From assembly GCA_976226885.1 (NCBI GenBank), contig OZ320316.1, positions 78,058,001 through 78,122,000 on the forward strand: a stretch of 64,000 bases of DNA. The letters are read 5' to 3'. The notes beneath the pieces were generated by a model that was not told where the DNA came from, ran no database searches, and saw only the letters and a list, made by a program, of their open reading frames with translations. The first letter of the stretch is position 1; every line of letters begins with the position of its first letter. The translations under genes and the position numbers were made by a program. Shown here piece after piece: positions 28,001-40,000 of this stretch. This stretch comes from Iphione sp. A-MEVVRFRX5 (Eukaryota).

Positions 28001-31000
28001 CTTTCAGTAATACTGTCATAGTCTAACATTTCTTCGACAAGTCTGTTACATGCAGTACTATGATGTGTGTGGGCGTTAGGTCCATTTTCGTCTATTTTTG
28101 AAACCTTTTGTTTTTTATTGACTCTCCTTCTCCACAAGGAAGAGAGGGGTGAATTTTTTTGACACACTCGGTAGCACACAGAGGTGGGAACATAGCCGAC
28201 GTCTAAACCATATTTTTGGAACCTTGTCTCGCTTAGAACTTATCAGATAATACGTTTAGTCTTTCCTACTTCTCAAGGAAGACTACAGAATTGTCTGATA
28301 TAGCTTCCTTGATAACATTTGTTAATGGTTAATAGTACTGCATGTAGCCTTGGGGCGGTTTTCTAAGTGAAAAATTTAGATTTATATTCATCTAAATCAT
28401 TGACAGATATCTAAACATTTCAATACTAGTGTTGTGGTTTGAGTACACTCCAAATGCTTCTATTGACAGAATTATAATGTTAAAAGTGTTCGAATTGTTC
28501 GGTGGGCTACGTCGTTAGAGTCATTGGAATTTCTTCAGGAATCATCTTATCAGGCCAAAGTCAGGTTTCCCGTGATGGTAAAAATGGCCTTTAGATAATA
28601 GGCTGATTTCATTATTCTTTATGTTGATAAGGGAAAGATGGGTTCCTGCTGTATCGGTAGTGTCTACTGTTATTGGCGTGGTATAGACTTCCTATTCAAT
28701 TGCTGTATTGACTGAGACAGACTGAGATGGAACCATCAACAATCTGACGGTTTTAGTATCAAGAAAATGCAAAAGCGCACCAATAAATGTGAAATTCTAT
28801 CAATGTTTCTACCTCCAAAATGGAAAATGTTCAAACAATGTTTTCAAAAACGTTACAGATGCTCAGTAACGTTTTTGAAAACATTGTATTCTTCTCATAA
28901 AGTTTCAGGAAAATTTACGCGAAAAATTAAACGGTCCCCTGTATATAAGTCCCATTAGATATTCCACGATAGTTCGAGGTTTTCAAATGTGGCGTATTGT
29001 TGTGGCTCGTGTTCATCAGGAGATTCTTGAGAATTGAGATACCTGTTAGAGTCCTAGGTGTTGCTCATAGATGTTCCTCTCGTTGGGTTTATATTGGTCT
29101 CTAGGTTGGGTTTATATTGGTTTCTTGGTATGGAGACATGTGGACGTCACGGTGATTGACTCCTGTTGGCCTTGGTATTATATTATGCTGAGCCAGACTA
29201 GGTGTAGGATTCCTGACTGAGGTGCCTACCCCTGAGACTCCAAAAACACGGCACTTGTTATCATGAGCAATACCTCGCGAGTCTTAGTTGTCCTCTGTAG
29301 GTGGGTGCAGGTGGCTCCACGTGGTGGCCGATGATCTGGTGGGCATTAGGACAGATGGATTCCTCTGGTGCGTAATGCATTTGGAGGTGTCGGTCCCGAA
29401 GGTTCTTGGTTGTAACTATACCAAGATTCAAATGCCTCAAAGGGCGTCAACCAGGAAGGGTGGTGCCGCAAGGGATGACCATAATATTTCCATGTAGAGT
29501 GTAGAGTATTTTCAAACCCTTTCTCTACTTATTCATACCTCTTTGTGTTGGCAGCAGATTTCTCATTATGGTTTACCGCTGGTGCCGTCATTTCCATGGT
29601 CATGAAAACTCATCACAGTTTTACTATACGATGAGTGGCTGTGCCTCCTGTTATCCGGCGTCCCAGGGGGTTAATTATATCCTAACAACAATCCTCGGAG
29701 CTAGGATGACCTTATGGACCTAACTGAACATTTATGACTAACTGGCGAAGCAAGAACTGCGTAAAACCTGACAGGAATAGCTGGGTGTAATGCAAATCCA
29801 CAGGTTCACAGGCATAATAAGTCTATAAAAACTTCTATCGTATAATTACTGTTGTGCACATGTATTTTACAACTTACACCATACCTGGCACATGACATGT
29901 TGGCCAAGCACACAATAAACATTAATGGGCAGTTGTAGGGACGCTTTATTGATGTGAATATTTTATCCTCGTGATCAGAAAATTTGTCATCCTTCTAAAA
30001 GCATCAGTACACAAATCTAGTGCCCCATCAAGACGTGTGCCATAACAAAGAGTTTGATATCTCGTTCTGTTCTGATTCATTTAATTTTTGGCAAGTGTGA
30101 AAGGTTGCTTATTCATGAGGTTATCTAATCCGAAATAAAATTCTGGTAAAAAGAATCATTTCATAACTATGAAACCTTTCTTACACGACATTGGTCCACT
30201 TGTCTCTAACCATTTTTTCGGATCCCAAAAGGCAAATAGTTGTGAAAAGTGTATTCTAATTCCTTTAGCTTTTCAACTTATCAAATCAAACCTTATTTAG
30301 CTTTGTGGGTATAGACTTAAATGTATAAGCATAATGAAATATTGTGATAGATCTGCTTTTTGCAGACTGTCAGATTTTTCAAATATATTTGATATATATT
30401 ATATATGTATATATATATATATATATATCCGTCATTAACAGGCAGCGTACAGATAGGATTGCCCTTGTTCTCCTGATGGACATGATCACAACATGCATCC
30501 ATCTGCTCTCAATCAGCTGATGTGGGTTTTCGGTCTATGGTCTATAGTTGCAGTTCGATCTATGAGAATATCAAAGCTTCTTTTAGATATCTTTTGATAG
30601 GTACACCCAATAGTATCAATCTCCATTTAGTGCCAAACCTGAACAAGTAACAATAAATAATACACCCAGTGTACATATCACAGAACATGTATATCTGTGA
30701 TAGCCCTAAACAAAGAGGAAAGGATCCGTGAATCAGCCCAATCATAATCAATAAATTGATGGAAAATTATACACCTTCTCAGAAAAAGTACCTAACTAAT
30801 GTTGGCATTTGGAGTGGTAGTGCGCATTGGATACGATTTGGATGAGCAGGCTTCTGCCAAATCTTTGAGGTTGTAGCAAATCACCATCACCATCTATGAC
30901 ACGTGTGTACATCTTCAATTTGTAACCACGATAAATCTCAAAAGGAATGTGAAGACACTCATGAGTTGAGGAGAATCTTATCTTCTAAACAACAGTTGTC

Positions 31001-34000
31001 AACCAAAAGACACTAGGTACAATATATTTGAGGATGAAATTACCTCGGGGCAAACTTGCTCGGGGAAGAAATTGATAGAATAAAGTTATCTTGAGGCTGA
31101 AAATTAATCAAAATTTCGCTAGGTTCCTTCATCCTTAGCAGGAGCCAGTCGTCCAGTTCACAGAGGAGCAGGTCAAACAGTACACCTTGTTAAGAGTACA
31201 CAGTGGATTACCTATTGTTGCTGGTTTTAAGTTATACTGAAATCTACTATCATATATATTTACAGCAAATAGATCGATGACATTTCAATTAGTTTTCTAG
31301 AGTTACTACAATTCCTTCAGTAATATGTACACCACTTGGTACATCAAGTCGCACCAAGTGCCATTAATTTTCTATTTTAGTTTTCTATTGTTTTAGAGCA
31401 GAGAGACAATTGTGAACTAGGAAGTCACACTAAAATCACCGGACCAATAAAGCCTGCCTCTGTAATTAAAAAAGATGTTTTCCTCGTTGCTACTCGACCA
31501 CTTCGTGATTTATGTTGCCTATTAGCACCCTTTTGACTTACAACAGATGGCACACAGTTCCAGGCTATAAATTATTTTGCTCTGTTAACAAATGGAAATG
31601 TGGGAGACAACAGTTTCTCATAACCTGCGACTGAATATTCCATAGAGACGGGACATGTACTTTGATTCCAATAAGATAGTAACGGGATTTCGCTTCTTCG
31701 TATAAAAACACTTTACACATGTGCAAACAGATACCTTGATATGAAGCCATTTTAATTAATTTAGCTTTTACCATAATGATACATAATTTCTATACTTCTG
31801 TGCAGAAATGACTGTCTTTTTTATTTTCCCTTATATTGTCAATTAATTATTCCATCGGCTACTGTGTATTGCCTTAGCCACCTCACTCCCCATAAAGAAC
31901 CTATGATAGCATGACCAAGCTGTCACCGCGGTGAAATATTGGTTCAATATGGGCTTGTTCCTTTCTCGATGCAGCCACTCAGGAGTACTGCCCCTGGGAG
32001 AACTTCAACGTGACGTGTGCAGAGGACGAGGTTATCCTGATGAAGTCAGCTGACTACGGCCGTATGCAACTCGGCCGCTGTGTCAGCAAGAACTACGGAT
32101 ACGTTAGCTGCAAAGCTGACATGCTGCATCATGTGGATTCCTTATGCTCGGGTAGGCGCTCGTGCAAGTTTGTGGTACCCACAGACATCATGCGAACAAG
32201 GAAACCATGCCCTAAGGACTTTTCTTCTTACTTGAAAGCCAGTTACATATGTGTTAAAGGTAAGTAATACGCATGTATTCGGTGCAATTGCTGCTGGTAA
32301 AAAAATAAAAACTCTTCATAGTCGATGTATAACTTACACTTTATTGGATTGAACAAGAGCGAGTAATTTATCGAAGGTCACTCCCACTACCTGGATGCAC
32401 ATGTTCACTTTTATCGATATACTGATCTGAGGATTAAATGGGCAACACCGTCACGAGCATTTACTATCTATAAAGGAATCCCTGGAAGCAAAAACTGCAG
32501 CCACTGTGCTATTATACAGGTGGCTTACTGCAGACCACAAGCAGTGCATTTTTTTGCTTTTCACTGCTAATTAATGGTTATGGACCAACTGCCCACATCT
32601 CGTGAGAGACTGCACCCTATCGAGTGATCTGTGCCTATCAAAGCCCAAGTTGCTCTTTCAGTTGCTCTTTACAAAGAAAGAGGTCGGCACGAGCACCTCA
32701 TCGCGGAAATGGGATCAGGCACGTGATTATATAGCCCGTTAAGCTCAAGGAAGAAGCTCCTTGAAGCCGGTCTCCTCCTCCTCCTCCTCCTCCTCCTCCT
32801 CCTCCTGTTCCGCGCGTCTCTGTCTTACTAGTAAACCAGCTGTTTGTGCTCGTGGGGTGCGGTCCTTCTGTTTCCTGGCCACACACTATCTCTTTCGTCA
32901 TATTGCCAACACTGACTTGCAATAATTGGTCAGCATCTCTTATCCGTAAACAGATCTATTGTTAGATGGGAGGCTGTGGTTTGAATGACAAATGTCTTGA
33001 TAGGCAAGCGGGGTTGTTTTCGTTAGTAGGGAGCCGACCGAGATTGTAACCAAAACGGCCCTCAATTCCACGTAATCGATACTGATTCATCTAAACGACA
33101 ACCGCCGGTCCTTTCATCCAGGCGGTCGCAGAGCTTCACTGCTGTCACTTCTCCGCAATCTTCCGGCTCCACGAGTCACTCTATCCTCTAACACATCCCA
33201 TAATAAAAGGTCCATATGATTACAATAGGGCCAATTACCGACAACAAGCTAAATGGAGCAAAAAGGGTGATCGTGGCATCAGCAATTCGTTAATAAGGAA
33301 TGTTGTGCTTGCGCATCATTTGCCTTCAGACCAGTCGTCTCGTATAGCACTTCCTACTTGTGATTTCATATGGAACAAATATGAATAAAAGTTGCCAGTA
33401 GGCCACGGTACCTTTGGTAAAGATCTATATAGATGTGACCATTATACAGTGAACTGCTGGCCCTATTACTATGTGGTTCTGGACAATATGCAGCGCACGG
33501 CGAAAGTAGGCCCGCTTTACTATGAGGGCGTGCCATCTAAAGATAGTTCTTGCTAGCAAAATTGGTTTTTTGATATAACGGGGACACTGCATAACGTTTT
33601 ATCAATGAATTCAAATTTTTTAATTGTCCTGTGAATCTGGCGAAGTATTCCCACAGTAGTGTATAGCTAGGTTATGCCTGGTGTCGCATGCAAATTTTAA
33701 ATACCCTTACAGGCATTCCCATAGGCTGACACTATCGTTTGCATCGCACCAATAGTCTCCTATCTGGCCAATTTTTTTTAATCACATTGTTAAAACATTC
33801 TCGAAAATGGTTGATGGCTCCTTAACAATTACCATAGGTGTGATTTCCAGTGCGGACGGACTTAAGAGATCTTTCTGTATTATTTCGGTTATTTTAACTT
33901 GCTAACAGGAAGGAGATTGGGCCCAGTTGTTTGCAAATTGCTGTGGTGTTCTTTGTAATGTTCACCGCTGGTCAAATAGTGGTGAGACATGCGTACTTTC

Positions 34001-37000
34001 AACAACTCCGTCCACGACTCATACACATGTACTTCATGTAGTAACACTACCGGAGAAGGGAAAGGAATATCCAGTGTGTCCATGCAACAACTACTTGCAA
34101 TACTGTACAATAAGTGATCCACTGCTGTCTTTATGACTCAACCGAATTCACAGCAAATGGCAATCTCCTTTACATCCTTCTGACAAGGGTCTTCGACCAG
34201 GGAGACGTTCAAAATAAGTTTCGTTCTACCCCTAATGAATGGAAGAAGCAGCGTCCTTCAAGATCCACTTTATTTCCACGCGCCCTCTTTTCAGGATGTT
34301 TTGTATCAACCATCAAACTTGTGGGCTGGGGCCGCGACATGGATCACAGTTCGGCGTCGTCTACACCCCCATTTAGGAGCTTTACACGCTCCGCAGCCCA
34401 TTCCCAGTAGACCAATAACGTGTGCGAAATTCCTGAAGTCCGGGACTCGCCTCGCTTCCGGTCGAGCCGGCTAGTGCGCCTGTCTGTCACCAGAGGTCGC
34501 CCCGAGCCGGCGCCTGGACGTGGATGGATTTGCTGATTACCTTGGCTATCCCTCCAGGTTACTCTTGCCTCCTTCAGTAAGGATGGGTACTAATATGTAT
34601 GCTGTGTACCCCTCGCCCAATATGGATCAGTATATAGATATGGAATCCTTGATCGTCTACCCCGGTTACAGTTCAGTTTTTCTTCACAGTGAAGAGGGCG
34701 AGAACGGACAGCCATTTAATAGAAGTTGATTGTTACTTGATGGCTCTGATCGAGCATGGTCCTAGATCCATATGACAAGATGTACCATAAATGGTGTGCT
34801 GGGAAAACGTAATTTAGATAATTGGAAGCTGATACTAAATATTGCATTATGTGAACGTTTTATGTAATGTTGTCAATTACATCATCCTATCACCTTCAAC
34901 TTTAGCTTGATTAAACATGCGCCTCATCCCAAATGAACACTGTCCTGGGCTTTAAGTGCATCGTATATACTTCTAGGAAGAAATTACCATCACTTGTCAC
35001 CATGTAAAAGAATACATTCCCTGAAAAACAAGAAGCTTGTCTTGCATATTTAAATGTTCAGAACTGCTTCCTATTCCATTGATGTGCCGCTAAATTGATT
35101 CCATTCAATCATATACACGTATTCGCATCGTGGTTTTCGGTTACAAATTTAATCCTGCAGTGAGAGTATGTCCTTTAGATAAGAACAATATGTGGAAAAG
35201 CCATTCATCAGTCGTTTAACATTAAAGACACCGTTATATATAAGCACACTATAGCTGAAAAACATAGCCAGAGCCACGCTCAAGTCGTTGCTTAAGGAAA
35301 GAAAATATAGTTTTATACATGTACTGTAAATGAATATACATAGCCTGGGTTGGTACAGTGGGACCCGTACAGTGCCGCTCAGGTCGGTTGTTATGAGAGT
35401 GTCCTGTAATTAATCAAGGTCTTTGCTAAAACAAGCCTCTTTACCTCTTCTTTTCAGTGGAGACGTCGGAGGCGGCGGGCACAGACTCAGCCCCCGCCTG
35501 CGACCCGGGCTCGTACCGCACCCCGCACGAGCTTAATGTGAGTTCCACCTCAGGCTATCTGTCTAGCCTGCTTGCTGCCGAGGAAGGCTACGGTTCAGAG
35601 TCTTGTCCATGGATTATCCGAGCGGACCAAGGCCAGCGGATCAACGTCACGCTGCTGGACTTCTCCCTCGGTGAACTAGTGCCAGGCAATGAGATCAACC
35701 CTAAGCTACATGCTCGTACCTTCTGCAACAAATACGCCGTCATCAGGGAGAAAGTAGCGGTGCGGGAAACAGTGGTCTGTGGGGGAGATAAACGGGAAGA
35801 GAATGTCTTCATCTCTAATCAGAATACAGTGGAGATACAACTTATGCGATATAATATACCAAAGAAGGCGGTCTTCTTTCTTCTCAAATTTGAAGGTAAG
35901 AAAACCATGGAAGCACCATGTTATTGGTATGGGATGCATACACATTAACTTCATATTAAATCATATATAGAGTATCTATAGATTACCCAATGCAATTCAT
36001 TTACACGTACATAACTTGAACAATTTAAAAGAATGGGCATGAAAATAAGTACGAAGTACGCAACTTAAATAAGGAAGGACACTTCATATTATTTTATTTG
36101 AGTTCATGAAGACATGGACATTGTCAATGAAATCGAGAAGATTTAATGGTAAGTTTAATTATCAAGACAAGCCTTGGCAGATGGTTATCTGGGATTCTAA
36201 GGAGTATTCTCTCTGATTAACAATGACCGGGTCAGTTGCAGTGTCGGAGCTACCGCCCCCAAATCCAATCAGGTTGGCCTGTATCCACTGAAAGCTCTAT
36301 CGTTTGAACTTGATCAAAGAGATTAAAGCTTTCATCTATACGATCCTCAAAGAGACTAATGCAGTCATCCTGAAGACTTTAGTCATGGTGGGCGATTTCC
36401 CTGGTGCAAGAGTCAACGTATTAACATTTTATGAGCAAGCTATAATGCAGTGCCATCTGAGCAGTATAAGTATCATTTGACGAGGAGAATATGAGGCTAC
36501 CTCATCTTCCTTTGCCTTGAGCATGTTTCAATAATCTTTTTATCAAACCTCAGGGGATACACAATCTACAATTCAGTTGTGTGCAAGGGTAGTAGGTACC
36601 AAACTCGCACTAGAAACAGTGTAATACTCTCATTGGGAATCAACAACATGCGACATACATTGAAGAACGTAGCTTTGTCTAATTATAAAGAAATGTTTCT
36701 CTTAACGATTAAATGATTTTCGCAATGTATAAGCATGCTTTGATGCAAATTACAATTAAATGTCTTTCAGTTCAACTAAAAGCACGAACTTACATAGAAT
36801 ACTTCAAAATCGATTTAATACTCATTGCGTCTGTAATTCGGCATTTCAATGTGTACATAACTTTTAAACTCAGAAATATCTAACGGATAAGATGAGGAAT
36901 ATATATGTGTACTTACGTACGAAGTACCAAAGCATACTGGCCATCTTATACTAAGGGTCAGTTTCCTTACCTACGTTGGTGTCCATCAGGCTGCGTTTTG

Positions 37001-40000
37001 CCTCCGTGTGCATTAGTATGCATTTTACATGCATTTTCTCTTAACACAGCCCAATGGATAGGGGTGTCTATTGGTGTGCATTTTCCCTGCATTTTCCCTG
37101 TATGAGAGCATCTAACTTCATGGAGAAAATGCCGTAAAACTACTATTTCATGGAGATTGTGACAAGTCCCATGGAAAAGTGCTGAAAAATGGTGAATTTC
37201 AGGGAGAAAGTGTTGAAAATCGGCTTTTTCATGGAGATTGTGGCAAAAACAGCGAATTTCAGGGAGAAAGTGTGGATATGTGTGGGAAATGTGGTTATCA
37301 GGTTAACCATTGCCACCTTCAAAGGATATCTGCTGTATACTACTGTCTGTTTGTTGTCTGTGTACTTTAAATTATCAGCCAGGAACTGATAATAGTCCAT
37401 GGACTGCAAACGTGCACCAATGCACATCAATGCACATGACACCTTGAAATGACTGTGACCATAAAAAATGGACAGGAACGGACAGAAAATGGAGAGTAAT
37501 GCAAACGGACACCAATGCATGTAAGGAAACCGGCCCTAAGAGATGTATTTGTATGTGTGTAAGGTTACAAATACAATTACGGTGACTTAACGGTTTATTG
37601 GATGTACAGTTTGTTGATGCTGACAAACAGATTCATGTAGTTTTTTCGTAAGTACGCTGCTATATTGTACGAGATATCGCGTCTTAAAATGATACGTAAA
37701 AAGAGACTGCTTTCTTACTTTGTATATATTAATTTGAAAATTCTACATGCACATAATCCAGTACATGTACTAACCTATAGTCACATACATATACACATCC
37801 AAAAGCGATTCTGTACGAGCTAAGGTTTCGTATTTTACTCCCCAATATTATGATGAACGCCTTTTTATGTACACGCTCGCACGCCATCCTATAGCATGTC
37901 TACTAGGGCCTGTCCTACTATCGGCTAACCGTTTTTAAAATGCCCTTGTTCATCATCCTTTATCTTTGCCTTTTTAGTATCACAATGTGATCTTTTCCAG
38001 CCATCGGTTGCCCGGTTTTCGTCCCTCCAAGAGATGGTGTTGTTGAGCAAATAGGTAACAGTATAATTGTTACTTGTAACCACACCAGACAGCGCTCCTA
38101 CCTCCGGTGTAATGGAAAAACATGGGTAGGAGAGCTGCGCAATTGCTCACCCAGTGATGGTAAGTACTGGTCGGGGGATGGCAGTCTAACCATAACTCTA
38201 CCACTATTAGCCCCCTTACTGCAGGTCAAGAATACTATGTATTCAGCTTGTTTCACCACACTTCCTTGTGTACACTCTGCTTGACTGTTCATGCATGTTT
38301 TGGATTTGTTAAAGAACGCGACAAGGGTTCTTCATTTTGCCCTAGTGGAAACTTATGCATAACTACAAAATTTCCATCGGGTTCCTGAATAAAAAAGAAC
38401 TCATTTTAATAATATAAAAGGGGATGGAGTTTGTTAGCACATGGGAAATATTCAGCTGCCGATAATAGTTCATTTATTATCAAGGTTTTGTCTATTAGCT
38501 GATACCGGAAAAACATGCTGAGGGCAATGATTTTCCAATGTATCAGTGCGATAGATGCCATGGGAAGGCATTGTTCCATAGCATGCCTTCCCAGCCATAG
38601 ATCAGAGGCGACTTTTTTTTCGTCCTGCGGTTGTAATGAGAAGCGGGGACTGCAGCCAGCGGGTGGCTTGTAAGCAGGTGGTGCAGAACGCCAGCAGGAT
38701 TTGTAAGCGACGGGCTTGTTGTCAGAGGAGACATTTGGGTAGGTTTCGCTTGGGATTGGAGGATAGCACCCGAACGGCTTACATCAGATGCGCAAAGCTG
38801 CAACTCCAAAGAATAGAACAGTCACAATTGGGTAGAAGAGGCAGGCTTGGACCTGCACAAGAAAAAAAAGCTAGAGGCATCAGTGGGGCAGAGACGAAAA
38901 GGATGCCTGAACTCCCTTTCCCCGCCACTGTGATTCGATATATTATTACTGGCCAAGAAGCCCAACACATACCCCTCCTACCCCCCATTCCGATGGTGGC
39001 CGCTTCCGGCCCCGCCTTGGCGCCGTTTCATAATCGAATAGCGTCAACTCATTTGAAAATTCATAACACTTTAATCAGTGGCGGGTCTAAATCTCATCAG
39101 GTGGCCGATTATCCTGTAGCGACGCGTGTGAGGTAGCCTGGCGGCGTAGAAAATTCCCATTTGGCCACGCTTTGTGAGCCGGCGGTACACGCCCCAGCCG
39201 CGCGGCCAAGATGGCGGCCTACTTTTTAGTGAGCTGGAAATGACAGGAGACAGTGAAAACGCCTCTCGATTTGCGCCCAGTAATTACTTTATACTCTTGA
39301 TTGATCAGCAAGGGAATTAAGCGAAACGGGGTGACTATGACGCTAAGCAAAGTTTGGGGGGCAAGGGAAGAGCAAGTGGCCCAATGAAAGGCGTTTGGTT
39401 AGCGGGTTGATGAAGGTAAGCTAGTGGATCTATTCAAACACCATGTGAAAACGATATTCGCCGGCTGTCCGCACTTCTCGGCCGTCGATGTCATTCACAG
39501 TTAGATTCAATCTTCTACTTTTGCTGAAATGCTTGCGAACTTATGTATTGTTGGTTCTCCTCCTAAAGCCACTTATATAGAGTCTACTTGTATAATACAC
39601 AATTATATCTACAGGAGAGGCACATGTAACAGACACTAACCCATTAACATTTAACCAACTTCTATTTGAATTGTGAAGCCATTGTATATTTTACCTGCTC
39701 TGAATCCTTCTATTTCTGTACTACTGTTTTTTTTCACGGACGCACCATATAACTGGGAACAGCTGAATCATAATCCAATACAAAAAGCCTTCTACTGTGC
39801 ACAGGTGCACCTCATAGAAACAGTGTAGATTCATGTAATTTTTTTGGTACTGGCGTTATCCGAATGACAGTGTTAGGTCCTACATACAGCTTTCTCATCT
39901 ATCTACTTCATTAACACAGTGGTCCGAGTATGAGTGATAACTGCCTGCATATCCTTTATTCGTCTTAACGGTTCAAGACAACTGCATAATGTATAAGCTA

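Noticed and set aside
36950-37540. Repeat-spacer-like pattern considered as a CRISPR array
   Set aside because: The units are irregular and degenerate, enclosed by TIRs with a TAA duplication, in a eukaryotic context with no cas genes. It is a MITE.
38636-39136. 166-aa ORF with LEDSTRTAY, resembling the N-terminus of a DIRS/Crypton tyrosine recombinase
   Set aside because: Spacing to the next expected motifs does not fit and no catalytic R-H-R-Y residues are recognisable. An HHpred search would be needed.
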